Shown here: in pieces, positions 9,311 through 17,815 of the stretch
Position numbering within the stretch: position 1 is the first letter of the stretch
Layout: each line of letters begins with the position of its first letter
Position numbers and translations under genes: made by a program
Notes under the pieces: generated by a model
Seen by the model: only the letters and a program-made list of their open reading frames with translations
Databases searched by the model: none
What the model was told of the DNA's origin: nothing
From: a virus
Virus record (IMG/VR): IMGVR_UViG_3300050498_000110
Location: 11,927-75,926 of that record
Length of the DNA stretch: 64,000 nucleotides
Strand: one strand, 5' to 3'

Positions 9311-9738
9311 CCGACAAACCGGAAGACTACGCCCAGCCCAAGCAGCGCGCGACGCAAGAGGCATTGCGTGCGGTCGAAGCCGCCGTCACCGACGCCAAGG
9401 CGGCCGAGAACGCGCTGCCGTCCGAGAACCGCACGGTGAGCGACTACGCGGCATTAGGCTCGCAGGCCATCACCAAATATTTCGAGGCCGCCGCCGTGCA
9501 TATGGAGCAAGCGGCAGCCGAGATCATGAAGGAAGCCGAGCATGCCCGCGACGAACTCATGATGCAGGCGGAAGACGTGCGCCATTCGGCACGCGCGCTC
9601 ACCGCCGCGGTCGAAGCGGCAGCGAGCCGGACCAAGCGGGCTGCGCTCGGTGCCACCGACATCCGCAAGGCATTCGCCGATGACGTCGCCCGCGAGCGCG
9701 CCGAGCACGAAGCCGCCCGCCAGCGAGCGGTGGGATGA
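9307..9738 (+). CDS. Coiled-coil hypothetical protein
   Basis: Ala/Glu-rich helical ORF, ATGA-coupled. Confidence 0.65.
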   Translation: MTDKPEDYAQPKQRATQEALRAVEAAVTDAKAAENALPSENRTVSDYAALGSQAITKYFEAAAVHMEQAAAEIMKEAEHARDELMMQAEDVRHSARALTAAVEAAASRTKRAALGATDIRKAFADDVARERAEHEAARQRAVG

Positions 9739-9789
9739 TGTCCGAGCTGGATTACAAGGCGCGCGCCGAACAGCTCTGGCAGGAGTTCG

Positions 9790-10035
9790 ATGAACGGAAT
9801 CGCGATGCCGTCTGACGCTTTCTGTATGTGGACGATCTACGACCATCCGAAGGATTATCCGACGGCATTCATCGCCCGCAAATTCCTCATCGGACGCGGT
9901 ACGGCGACGCCGACGACGACGATGTTGGCTAGCCCGGATCTCGAGGATTTGCGCGAAGCGATGCAGCGCATGGGCTTGACCTGTCTCACCCGCATGCCGG
10001 ATGACGACGCGGCCATTGTTGAAACCTGGATCTAG
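9790..10035 (+). CDS. Phage hypothetical protein
   Basis: WTIYDHPKDYP...IVETWI. Confidence 0.7.
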   Translation: MNGIAMPSDAFCMWTIYDHPKDYPTAFIARKFLIGRGTATPTTTMLASPDLEDLREAMQRMGLTCLTRMPDDDAAIVETWI

Positions 10036-10046
10036 CGAGTCGAAAA

Positions 10047-10235
10047 ATGACCGATCCAATAACGATCTTTCTAGCGTCCGGCACCGGGGCATTCATCGGC
10101 GGCATTATTGGCACTTGGCTGGTCACACGCTGGCAATTCGACAGAATTCGCGAGCTAGAGCACGATATTGAAATCATCCGAAAAAATCTCATGCGGATAC
10201 TTTACGAGCGCGGCGACTTGGAGCGGAGGCAATGA
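10047..10235 (+). CDS. Small membrane-anchored protein
   Basis: N-terminal hydrophobic helix. Confidence 0.6.
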   Translation: MTDPITIFLASGTGAFIGGIIGTWLVTRWQFDRIRELEHDIEIIRKNLMRILYERGDLERRQ

Positions 10236-10546
10236 TGTTGAGCAAAATCAAATACACCGACCGCGAGCACATCGAAGCCGACACGGTGCGGATGATTGAA
10301 ACCGGCAGCGAAGCCGAGCAAGTCGCCGCCCGCATGCTGCGGAGCATGACGCCGCTGTTGCTGGAAATTCTCACGTCGTCGAACTTGGCTTATCTCGCGG
10401 GCTTCGCGCGCGGCACGGCGCAGGTTGTCGCTAGCCTGGTGATGTCGCTGCCGTCGGACATGCGCGACGGCATGGCCGACGTCTTGCGGCGCGAGATCGA
10501 CCAGGCGCTTGACCTTGCGGTGAAAGGCCCGCCGAAGCGACCATGA
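10232..10546 (+). CDS. Hypothetical protein
   Basis: ATGA-coupled ORF. Confidence 0.65.
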   Translation: MMLSKIKYTDREHIEADTVRMIETGSEAEQVAARMLRSMTPLLLEILTSSNLAYLAGFARGTAQVVASLVMSLPSDMRDGMADVLRREIDQALDLAVKGPPKRP

Positions 10547-10935
10547 AGTTCTCCCCCAAGCTCGAAGACTGGCGCATCCGCCAGGGCGACTATGCCACCA
10601 GAACCGGCGAGCGCTGCGGCGCCTTTAGCATCCCTGGCCCGGCCGGTCGGCAATTGCTGGTGCTGGCCACCGATGGGCAGTCACCAGCGGGCCAATCGTG
10701 GGAACACGTCAGCGTATCCATCAAGGGCAACCGACCGCCCAACTGGCGGGAGATGTGTTTCATCAAGGATCTGTTCTGGTCGGCCGACGAAGTGGTGGTG
10801 CAGTTTCACCCGCGCGGCCAGGACTACGTCAACAACATGAGCACGTGTCTGCACTTGTGGCGCTGCACGGCGCAGGAATTCCCGACGCCACCGCCGAGCC
10901 TGATCGGCATCAAGGAACTTGGGACGCTGGCATGA
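10543..10935 (+). CDS. Conserved phage protein (WEHVSVS...CLHLW type)
   Basis: WEHVSVS, PNWREMCFIKDLFW, QFHP and CLHLWR motifs, common in phage early regions. Confidence 0.8.
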   Translation: MKFSPKLEDWRIRQGDYATRTGERCGAFSIPGPAGRQLLVLATDGQSPAGQSWEHVSVSIKGNRPPNWREMCFIKDLFWSADEVVVQFHPRGQDYVNNMSTCLHLWRCTAQEFPTPPPSLIGIKELGTLA

Positions 10936-11108
10936 TAGGCGAGATCACAAAATTCGCAGAGCGGGCGGAAGCGATGATTGCCGAGCGCGACAAGAAACTT
11001 GCCGAAGCCGCCGCCTTCCTCGACCGGCTGGCGGAACGCTTGCATCGTGTCGAGGATATCGCCGCCAACTGCCGCGCGATGGCGAACAAGCTGCGGGGTG
11101 AGGCATGA
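10932..11108 (+). CDS. Small coiled-coil protein
   Basis: MIGEITKFAERA..., ATGA-coupled at both ends. Confidence 0.55.
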   Translation: MIGEITKFAERAEAMIAERDKKLAEAAAFLDRLAERLHRVEDIAANCRAMANKLRGEA

Positions 11109-11353
11109 CGAAATATCGCCCGCATCGCCATCTGCTTGAAGACTCAATGCGCGAGGTTGTCGAAGTTAATGACCTACCGCAGCTTGTCCGCCACATGCGC
11201 AGATCCGTGCAGTCCTGGTATCCACCCGATGAATTGCCGACAGTCGAGACTACCGAAGTTAAGCCCTACGTGTTCGATGATCGCATCGGTTGGGACACGT
11301 ACATCGTGCTGGTCAAAGGTTCGGCATGGGGATTCACTGATGGGCCGCTCTGA
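11105..11353 (+). CDS. Hypothetical protein
   Basis: 82-aa coupled ORF. Confidence 0.65.
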   Translation: MTKYRPHRHLLEDSMREVVEVNDLPQLVRHMRRSVQSWYPPDELPTVETTEVKPYVFDDRIGWDTYIVLVKGSAWGFTDGPL

Positions 11354-11490
11354 TAGCAACATACCGCGCCCACCGAAACATATATCAAAGCGCTGGCCGG
11401 GCGCCGGATCGGCTGGCGTGCGCAAGGCCATCATCACTAATCGCAACAAGAAAGTAAAAGTGACGCTGGCCTCTACAAAACGAGAAACCC

Positions 11491-11694
11491 ATGAACAAAC
11501 GTAGGATCGCAGAATTAGAGCGGATATGCGCCGAGCTATATCAAGTCATCGGCACGCTTGCGGACTACGCGGGAGTTTTTGACCACCCCGACGTGGTGCG
11601 GGCGATGGACAATGCGAGCAAGCTGCGCCTTGTCCATTCAGACTTGTTGCCATGGCCGCGTACTGCGCTTTCCGCCATGGCGCGCCAAGAATGA
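11491..11694 (+). CDS. Hypothetical protein
   Basis: 67-aa ORF, ATGA overlap. Confidence 0.6.
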   Translation: MNKRRIAELERICAELYQVIGTLADYAGVFDHPDVVRAMDNASKLRLVHSDLLPWPRTALSAMARQE

Positions 11695-11885
11695 CCCAAG
11701 AGCAAGCCATTGCCGTGCTCGAGGCCGAGCTGCACCGCCTGCGCCGGGTCGAGCACTATGCCAGGGTCGTGGTCGAAGCACATCACCGCGGCCGCCGCGG
11801 CACCATGACCGAAGCCGACGCCCGCGCCATGCTGCGCTTGCTCGATGCCCTGGCGCTGGCGCTCGAGTCCGATGGCCGACACTAG
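11691..11885 (+). CDS. Hypothetical protein
   Basis: MTQEQAIAVLEAEL..., ATGA-coupled. Confidence 0.55.
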   Translation: MTQEQAIAVLEAELHRLRRVEHYARVVVEAHHRGRRGTMTEADARAMLRLLDALALALESDGRH

Positions 11886-11949
11886 AATTGCGGGGATAAT
11901 TTCTAAATCGAAATTGTAGAATCGGAAAGTTCCGGCACTGTGCGACGCC

Positions 11950-12351
11950 ATGCGTTACGCCATCATCAACCCGAAAAAGCAAACCCTGCGCGCCATTGAC
12001 GCGTCGTCATTCGACGTCGCGCTGGACGTCGCCGAGCTGGCCGAAGTCGGCCGCGATCATGGCCTAGTCACCCGCCGGGTCGCCATCGTGGTCTATGAAT
12101 ACAGCCTGTATGTGCCGCCGGCCGAGCAACATTATTTCGCGCTCGAGGGCAAACTCTACGGCGGCAATGCCCTGCTCTATGGCGTCGGCGATGCTGGTGA
12201 AACCATCGACCTGACCGCCTGTCCGGAACCGACGTTTTTCAAATCTGCCGCCGACGTCGAAGCGGCGATCTATCTGGGGAAAGTCGAGCGTCCCGTTGTT
12301 GCACGTGACGAAAAGGTAGTTTGGAAATGGCCCGATCCGCAACCGGAATAG
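11950..12351 (+). CDS. Hypothetical protein
   Basis: 133-aa globular ORF. Confidence 0.7.
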   Translation: MRYAIINPKKQTLRAIDASSFDVALDVAELAEVGRDHGLVTRRVAIVVYEYSLYVPPAEQHYFALEGKLYGGNALLYGVGDAGETIDLTACPEPTFFKSAADVEAAIYLGKVERPVVARDEKVVWKWPDPQPE

Positions 12352-12593
12352 ATCATCAGCTTGTGCGCAAGCTGTCGCATAATTTGCGCCGCTATCTGAC
12401 GCCAGTGCTCACGCGCTGGCTGGCCGCCGCGCAAGCCGAAGGCGTCAACGACAAGACCACCAGCCTGGTGGTGATGAATGAAGCGATGGCATTGGCGGCG
12501 ACATTTCACACCGGCGACCCTAAGCTGTTCACCGACCTGGCAGCGCTGGCCATTGCCGACGCACGCACGCCGACTGGCACGACCACGCACTGA
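12321..12593 (+). CDS. Hypothetical protein
   Basis: In the operon; start uncertain. Confidence 0.5.
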   Translation: MEMARSATGIDHQLVRKLSHNLRRYLTPVLTRWLAAAQAEGVNDKTTSLVVMNEAMALAATFHTGDPKLFTDLAALAIADARTPTGTTTH

Positions 12594-12594
12594 C

Positions 12595-12795
12595 ATGCGC
12601 ACATTATTGACCCGGCGCTATAAGCTCGAGATCTCCGAGCTGCAACGCCGCCTGATCATGCGGGCGCTCACCAGCACGGTCGCCAGCAATCACCGGCGCC
12701 GGGCTTCAACCGACGCGCTCGATGACGCCCGGCGGGCAGAATGGCTCAACCTGGTGCGACTGTTCGCGCAGCTCGATGACGAAAGGCCCATGTAA
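12595..12795 (+). CDS. Hypothetical protein
   Basis: ATG 1 nt after the upstream stop. Confidence 0.5.
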   Translation: MRTLLTRRYKLEISELQRRLIMRALTSTVASNHRRRASTDALDDARRAEWLNLVRLFAQLDDERPM

Positions 12796-13076
12796 TGGTG
12801 AAGCACATCACTGGATACGCCATCGGTGACCAACCGATTGATCCGAAGCTAATCGAGATGATGAATGCGCTCGCGCGCGGGCTTGATGAGATTTTGAACG
12901 GCGGCGCCAAAGGCGAAGCCCGCAAAAACGGCTTCGTCCTGATGGTGTTTCCGTTTGATGGTCATGACGGCCGCTGCAACTACATCAGCAATGCCGAGCG
13001 TGCCGACGTCGTAACGCTGTTGCGCGAACAGCTTCGCCGCCTCGAGGGTGCGCCGGATGTGACGGGACACGCATAG
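12795..13076 (+). CDS. Phage hypothetical protein
   Basis: GFVLMVFPF...CNYISNA; 1-nt stop/start overlap. Confidence 0.7.
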   Translation: MVKHITGYAIGDQPIDPKLIEMMNALARGLDEILNGGAKGEARKNGFVLMVFPFDGHDGRCNYISNAERADVVTLLREQLRRLEGAPDVTGHA

Positions 13077-13077
13077 C

Positions 13078-13329
13078 ATGGCAACCGTCTATGATCTCGC
13101 TGTCCGCAAATTGGTGGAACAGGCGCTTGAGCTGGCCAAGACCAATCCCGGCTTGCGGCGGCTCGAGCTTGACGCTTTCCAGCGCGTGATATGGCCACCC
13201 GATGGCGAAGCGTTCCGGCGCTTCGGCTTGCCGGTGGAAGTGCTCGAGCGCGCGATGAAGGAAGCGCACCGGCAAGTGCGCGTGCTGACCGATGGCGAAG
13301 ACACCGGCACGGCGGGCGGTGTGAAATGA
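13078..13329 (+). CDS. Hypothetical protein
   Basis: Operon-packed ORF. Confidence 0.6.
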   Translation: MATVYDLAVRKLVEQALELAKTNPGLRRLELDAFQRVIWPPDGEAFRRFGLPVEVLERAMKEAHRQVRVLTDGEDTGTAGGVK

Positions 13330-13517
13330 GCGACTTGCGCGATGTCGAGATTTGCAGGTTGCAGGAGGAAGTCAGATGCCTCCGCACACAAAACGATTTA
13401 CTGACGAAGATCATTCAATTGGAATTTGCTCGGCGGCTACCGAGCCGGGGCGAACAGATGCGCAAGGTGCATGAAATAATCAACAGCGTTCGGTTCGGAT
13501 TTCACGACAGAAAATGA
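13326..13517 (+). CDS. Hypothetical protein
   Basis: ATGA-coupled at both ends. Confidence 0.55.
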   Translation: MSDLRDVEICRLQEEVRCLRTQNDLLTKIIQLEFARRLPSRGEQMRKVHEIINSVRFGFHDRK

Positions 13518-13840
13518 CTCATCCGCTCGACCCGTACACTTACATCTTAGTTGACCGCAAGCCGGTCAATTGCCCGAACGATGACAGATGGTTCATGTGG
13601 TTCGGCAACATGGAAAATCGGCGCGTGGCCCAGACCATCATCGGCCCGGCCCGTGTCAGCACTATCTTTGGCGGCATTGATCGCAGCTATGGGAGCGCGC
13701 CGCATCCGCAGGTCTTCGAAACAATGATCTTCGGCGGCAAGCATGACGGTCGCGAGGAATGGTCTGCATCATGGGAGGAAGCCGAGTTGGTGCATGCCGA
13801 AATGGTCGCCCTGGTGCGTGGCCAGCTCGCCGATGTTTGA
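13514..13840 (+). CDS. Phage hypothetical protein
   Basis: VSTIFGGID...VFETMIFGG motif. Confidence 0.75.
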   Translation: MTHPLDPYTYILVDRKPVNCPNDDRWFMWFGNMENRRVAQTIIGPARVSTIFGGIDRSYGSAPHPQVFETMIFGGKHDGREEWSASWEEAELVHAEMVALVRGQLADV

Positions 13841-14101
13841 GTCGCGTCGCGGCAAGTCGGGAGCTTGAGCGAGTCATGTCAGAATCTTTTTGTTGTCCAG
13901 AATCTCGCAATGCTGTCAATGCGCGTTGCTTGAGCCTCGCGACACAGAATCGATTCGTGTGAATCCAATCTGATATAATAGCTCTGTCAGTTGGAATTCA
14001 CCGATTGACCGACTCGCTGTTTGACAAAGTGAAGATCTGCAAACAAAAGGCCCGGCCATGTCCGGCCGGGCCGAGTCGATTTCATATGCAACAATGGAGT
14101 C
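13839..14101. promoter_or_regulatory. Intergenic control region with ten GANTC sites and promoter-like hexamers
   Basis: GANTC at 13839, 13871, 13882, 13900, 13947, 13952, 13961, 14011, 14073, 14097; TATAAT 13974; TTGACA 14021 (+) and 13914-13919 (-). Confidence 0.65.
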
Positions 14102-14106
14102 CTACC

Positions 14107-14583
14107 ATGGCCAGGCGCCATAGGAAAGTGAAGTTGACGAAGGCCGAGCAAATCGCGGCCGACATCGGGAAGTGGCAGCGGGCGCAAGAGCGTGCGCTGA
14201 TCATGGAACGCAAGGCGGCGACCTTGCTCAAGCGGTCGGCGGTCGAGCTGGCCAGGCTGCACAAGCGACAGGCCAGGCTCGAGCATGAGGCGACCAGAGT
14301 CGAAACGACTCCCAAGCCGGTCGCCCTGGCGGTCGCGGTTCGGACCGACGGCACGGAAGAAATCGTGCCGGTCGCCGAGCCCCAGCCCGAGCCGGTCACC
14401 GAGCCGTCGCGCACCGAAGCCTGGCGCGAGCACCGGGCCGCGGTGAAACGAGCACGCAAGGCCAAGGCGCCGCCCGGCTCGGAGCGGGCAGCGCTGCACC
14501 ACACGCCGCCCCAGGCCACAGCGGAAGCCCGCCAGGCCAAGATGGAAGCGCTCGGCTTCCGACGCACCGGCAAGGCAAAATAA
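14107..14583 (+). CDS. Basic helical hypothetical protein
   Basis: GGAG RBS; followed by a terminator. Confidence 0.7.
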   Translation: MARRHRKVKLTKAEQIAADIGKWQRAQERALIMERKAATLLKRSAVELARLHKRQARLEHEATRVETTPKPVALAVAVRTDGTEEIVPVAEPQPEPVTEPSRTEAWREHRAAVKRARKAKAPPGSERAALHHTPPQATAEARQAKMEALGFRRTGKAK

Positions 14584-14601
14584 GCCGCCAGCGGCCTTCC
14601 T

Positions 14602-14635
14602 AAGCCCGTCCCTTCGGGGGCGGGCTTTTTCTTTT
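14602..14635 (+). terminator. Rho-independent terminator
   Basis: AAGCCCGTCCC-TTCG-GGGGCGGGCTT hairpin followed by a T tract. Confidence 0.85.
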
Positions 14636-14720
14636 GTCTCCGCAACGGCTTCGCGAAGGCTTCGCGAAGTGTTCTTAATGCTTGTATATGGCGAGATATG
14701 CAGCTATATGTAGGGACAAT

Positions 14721-14800
14721 AGGCACGGCTTGGCTAGGCGAGGCAAGGCAAGGCGGGGCCGGACTTGGCGCGGCGGGGCTCGGCAAGGCAGGCAAGGCAA
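14721..14800 (+). repeat. NGGCN pentamer array 1 (about 14-16 units)
   Basis: aggca cggct tggct aggcg aggca aggca aggcg gggcc ggact tggcg cggcg gggct cggca aggca..., ends at the AAGGAG RBS. Confidence 0.9.
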
Positions 14801-14814
14801 AAGGAGTATTTGGA

Positions 14815-15231
14815 ATGAGCACCGTCATTGCATTTCCCGGCGCGCACACTCGCGCCCCGGTTCCACCAGTCTCGGCGGTCGATGAACTCGAGGCCGCCGA
14901 ACTGGCTTTGCTGCGCGCACGGCTGGCACAGATCCAGGCCGAGACGCGGCAACTCAACGCCATCTGGTTTACCTACTGTTTCCGCAAATTCTTATTTTGG
15001 GGCGTGCTGGCCTGGCTTTTGTATGCCCTGGCCAGCCCGGCCGCCGCCGAGTCGCGGTCGCTCTATGGGCCGAACGGCGGCTTTGTTGGCTCGAGCCTGG
15101 TGCGCGGCAACCAGACGACGTTCTATAGCGCGAGCGGTCGCTTTATCGGGTCCGAGATCCGGCACGGCAAGCAACGCGCGGTCTATGGTCCGGCCGGAAA
15201 CTTCGTCGGCTCAATCGTGACGCGACGATGA
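14815..15231 (+). CDS. Membrane protein with a C-terminal Y-x3-G-x-F-x-G repeat domain
   Basis: Hydrophobic segment then LYGPNGGFVG / FYSASGRFIG / VYGPAGNFVG. Confidence 0.7.
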   Translation: MSTVIAFPGAHTRAPVPPVSAVDELEAAELALLRARLAQIQAETRQLNAIWFTYCFRKFLFWGVLAWLLYALASPAAAESRSLYGPNGGFVGSSLVRGNQTTFYSASGRFIGSEIRHGKQRAVYGPAGNFVGSIVTRR

Positions 15232-15404
15232 AAAAGTCTCGCAACCGATTGGTCGAAACATTGAAACGATTTATCGAAGGCGATGCATCGCGCAAAGAAT
15301 TAGCAGAGGCGGCGATGCACTATGACCGAATGACCCGCGTCAAACTGCAACCGGCCCTTCGTCAGCTTGTCGATATCATGAAGGGGGCATCATGTTCCGG
15401 GTGA
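15228..15404 (+). CDS. Small hypothetical protein (not in track)
   Basis: 58 aa, ATGA-coupled, fills the gap between neighbours. Confidence 0.4.
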   Translation: MKKSRNRLVETLKRFIEGDASRKELAEAAMHYDRMTRVKLQPALRQLVDIMKGASCSG

Positions 15405-15733
15405 CCTTCCTAGTCGACGACAAGAAATTGGCATACGCGCTTTGGGCACTGACCAACGTTGCGCTCGCCAAGCCCGACATCGAGCCGGTGATCAACGTCA
15501 AGAAACGCCGCAACGGCGTCGCGCAGCAAACCGGCGGAACGTTGCTCGAGATGTTCACGGCCCATCTCAAGGCCGACAAGCCGGAACAGATCGACGCCAA
15601 ATACGTCAAGGCATGGATGCAAGGCGCCGGGCTCAATCCGACCAGCCATGGCTATGTGCTCAAGCACGCGCAGCGCAGCAAGCTCATCCGCAAGATCGGC
15701 AAAGGTCTGCGCAGCGGCTACACGGTGCTGTGA
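15392..15733 (+). CDS. Hypothetical protein, possible winged helix
   Basis: 113-aa ORF with basic C-terminus. Confidence 0.65.
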   Translation: MFRVTFLVDDKKLAYALWALTNVALAKPDIEPVINVKKRRNGVAQQTGGTLLEMFTAHLKADKPEQIDAKYVKAWMQGAGLNPTSHGYVLKHAQRSKLIRKIGKGLRSGYTVL

Positions 15734-16017
15734 TGGCAAAGCGACGGCTTTACGCTGCCTATGTTTGGAGAGGTGACAAGGATCCGGTGATTGCAGAATT
15801 GCGCAGCATGGCCGAGTCTTACTACGGCGTGAGCAAGGTCACCGGCAAAGAGCTGGCGCAGAATTCCAAGGACGGCGGCCCGTCGGCGACCTGCATGCGC
15901 GCCTGGTTCTATGGCGACACCCGGCGGCCGCAGAACACCACCATCGAAGCCGCCGGGCGCGCCATGGGATTCGAACGGGTTTGGAAACGGATGCGACGCA
16001 ATCGACCGGAGGAATGA
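15733..16017 (+). CDS. Cro/XRE-like HTH protein
   Basis: KELAQ...PSATCMRAWFYGDTRRPQNTTIEAAGRAMG resembles an XRE HTH. Confidence 0.55.
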   Translation: MAKRRLYAAYVWRGDKDPVIAELRSMAESYYGVSKVTGKELAQNSKDGGPSATCMRAWFYGDTRRPQNTTIEAAGRAMGFERVWKRMRRNRPEE

Positions 16018-16244
16018 CCATGGGATATGCTTTGGCCCACGGCGCTTGCTTCGGCTGCGGCCGCATCTTCGGCTTCAATCCGTTGCGCGTGCCGAGCATC
16101 ACCAGCCCGAAGACCGGGACACGCGAGCCGATCTGCCAGGCTTGCGTCACCCGCGCCAACATCACGCGCGCCACGAACGGACTTGCGCCTATCATCCCAC
16201 TGCCCGACGCTTATGACCCGATTGACGAAAGCGAGCTGCCATGA
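16014..16244 (+). CDS. Small zinc-finger protein
   Basis: CFGC...ICQAC. Confidence 0.7.
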   Translation: MTMGYALAHGACFGCGRIFGFNPLRVPSITSPKTGTREPICQACVTRANITRATNGLAPIIPLPDAYDPIDESELP

Positions 16245-16429
16245 CTAACGCCGAAAAGTTGGCCCAACTTGCTAACAATGCGTTGCGTCGCAGTGATGGC
16301 AATCTGAAAAAAGCGGCGGACGAAATCGCGTTTGAATTTGCCGAGTGGGAATATCGAAGTTTCAAGCGTCCATTGTTGAAGGCGCTCATTATCAATTATC
16401 TGACACGTCTGCGCAGTGGCCATGACTAA
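16241..16429 (+). CDS. Hypothetical protein
   Basis: ATGA-coupled. Confidence 0.5.
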   Translation: MTNAEKLAQLANNALRRSDGNLKKAADEIAFEFAEWEYRSFKRPLLKALIINYLTRLRSGHD

Positions 16430-16643
16430 AGGTGCTGCCATGAGCGAACCGACGCTTGAGCAATTCGCGCGCTGGATCCAGACCGCCAAAGACAAGCGCG
16501 ACTATGCCGTGGCCTGCGCCATCTATCGCGCCACGCACGGTCAGGCAGCGCTTAATGCCGCGCTCGAGACGATCGAGGAAATCGAACGCGCCGACATGGC
16601 CGAGCGCAAAGCCAACCTGACGCCCAACCCAAAAGGACGATGA
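16416..16643 (+). CDS. Hypothetical protein
   Basis: Operon-packed ORF. Confidence 0.55.
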   Translation: MAMTKGAAMSEPTLEQFARWIQTAKDKRDYAVACAIYRATHGQAALNAALETIEEIERADMAERKANLTPNPKGR

Positions 16644-16644
16644 C

Positions 16645-16917
16645 ATGCCCAAGAAACACAAGCGCGACCGACATCAGCCGACGCCAGCGGCGCAAGACAT
16701 TCCAGCGGTGGTGACACAAAGCGAAATCGACGAAGCCGAACGGGAAATTGATCGGGAGCTTTCGCGCGATCCGTCGATGTTGACCGAAATGCTCGAAGCC
16801 ATCCGCGCCGATGCCAAGGCGACGCGAGACGGCACCGCGCGCACCATTGCCGATCTTGAAACCATGCGCGCCGAGATCGACGCTGCCATTGCGTTCCTCA
16901 AGGCCGGGCGGCGATGA
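16645..16917 (+). CDS. Coiled-coil hypothetical protein
   Basis: Operon-packed ORF. Confidence 0.6.
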   Translation: MPKKHKRDRHQPTPAAQDIPAVVTQSEIDEAEREIDRELSRDPSMLTEMLEAIRADAKATRDGTARTIADLETMRAEIDAAIAFLKAGRR

Positions 16918-17039
16918 AGCCGCTGACCAAGAAACCGCCGCACACGCCGAACAAACGCGGACGCCCCACAATCTTCAACCGACCGATGACCGCGGCCGAA
17001 CGCATGCGCCGCTGGCGAGCTGGCAGAACAACGTCATGA
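16914..17039 (+). CDS. 41-aa basic peptide with RGRP...AERMRR motif (not in track)
   Basis: MKPLTKKPPHTPNKRGRPTIFNRPMTAAERMRRWRAGRTTS; ATGA overlaps at both ends. Confidence 0.65.
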   Translation: MKPLTKKPPHTPNKRGRPTIFNRPMTAAERMRRWRAGRTTS

Positions 17040-17299
17040 CCATTCCCATCGACGAAGTCGCCAAGCGCGCGATTGCCATGCACGAATACGTCGTGAACTT
17101 GCCGCCGGAATATCAGAGCGTCGTCATCGCGCATTTGCTGGCGACCTGGATTGCTGGCCATCAAGGTGACGACAAGGCGGCACTGGCGAAATTCCGGGAA
17201 GAATTGCTGACCAATCACATCAAGCTGGTGCGCGACCTGATCCCGATGGAGGACGCCCGCATCCGAGACTTGAACGCGATTTCCAGACCGAGCGACTAA
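17036..17299 (+). CDS. Hypothetical protein
   Basis: MTIPIDEV..., ATGA-coupled. Confidence 0.65.
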   Translation: MTIPIDEVAKRAIAMHEYVVNLPPEYQSVVIAHLLATWIAGHQGDDKAALAKFREELLTNHIKLVRDLIPMEDARIRDLNAISRPSD

Positions 17300-17317
17300 A
17301 CCAACAGGGAAACCGAC

Positions 17318-17767
17318 ATGCTTTCACCACCAGAATTGGTATGTGCCGTGCGTGGCCGCGCCATCAAGTTCACCCCCGAACGGCTCGAGCAAATCAAGAA
17401 TTTGGTCGAGCGCGGAATGCGTCGAGAGGATATTGCCGCCACCATCGGCGCCACCGTCGGATCGCTGCAAGTGACATGCTCGCGTCTCGGGATTAGCCTG
17501 CGCCAGCCGAAGCGCACAAAGGTCGCCGCGGTGGACGATGACGAGCCGAAACGAGAAGGCAATGGCAAACCGGTCGGCGCACCGATCCCAATTGCACAGC
17601 GGCCGCAATTGGCATTGATCATTCACCGGGGCGACCGCGAGCGGCGCATTGAACTCGATCTGCCCGATGACGTGCTGACCCACATCGCGCTCGAGGCGGC
17701 CTTTAGCAATGAAGGCTTCGCCGCCGTCATCACACGGCTGATCATTGCCGGTCACAAGAAATCATAA
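17318..17767 (+). CDS. HTH protein with a GcrA-like N-terminal domain
   Basis: FTPERLEQIKNLVERGMRREDIAATIGATVGSLQVTCSRLGIS resembles the GcrA pattern WT.ER...L..L...G.SA..IA..LG......RLGL. Confidence 0.55.
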   Translation: MLSPPELVCAVRGRAIKFTPERLEQIKNLVERGMRREDIAATIGATVGSLQVTCSRLGISLRQPKRTKVAAVDDDEPKREGNGKPVGAPIPIAQRPQLALIIHRGDRERRIELDLPDDVLTHIALEAAFSNEGFAAVITRLIIAGHKKS

Positions 17768-17790
17768 AAAAACCCCGGCCGAAGCCGGGG
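17766..17790 (-). terminator. Rho-independent terminator (for the leftward Pro-rich gene; may also act rightward)
   Basis: CCCCGGC-TTCG-GCCGGGG followed by T7 on the minus strand. Confidence 0.85.
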
Positions 17791-17815
17791 GCAAGTTGGC
17801 GTTAAAATCGACAGA

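Noticed and set aside
14721-14800. Pentamer arrays as CRISPR-like arrays
   Set aside because: No 25-40 bp repeats with unique spacers and no cas genes
14682-14814. ARRGKARRG / GEARQG-type ORF extensions across the pentamer arrays (also 22592-22993 and 59273-59752)
   Set aside because: They are translations of the 5-bp repeat; genes with good starts begin after the arrays
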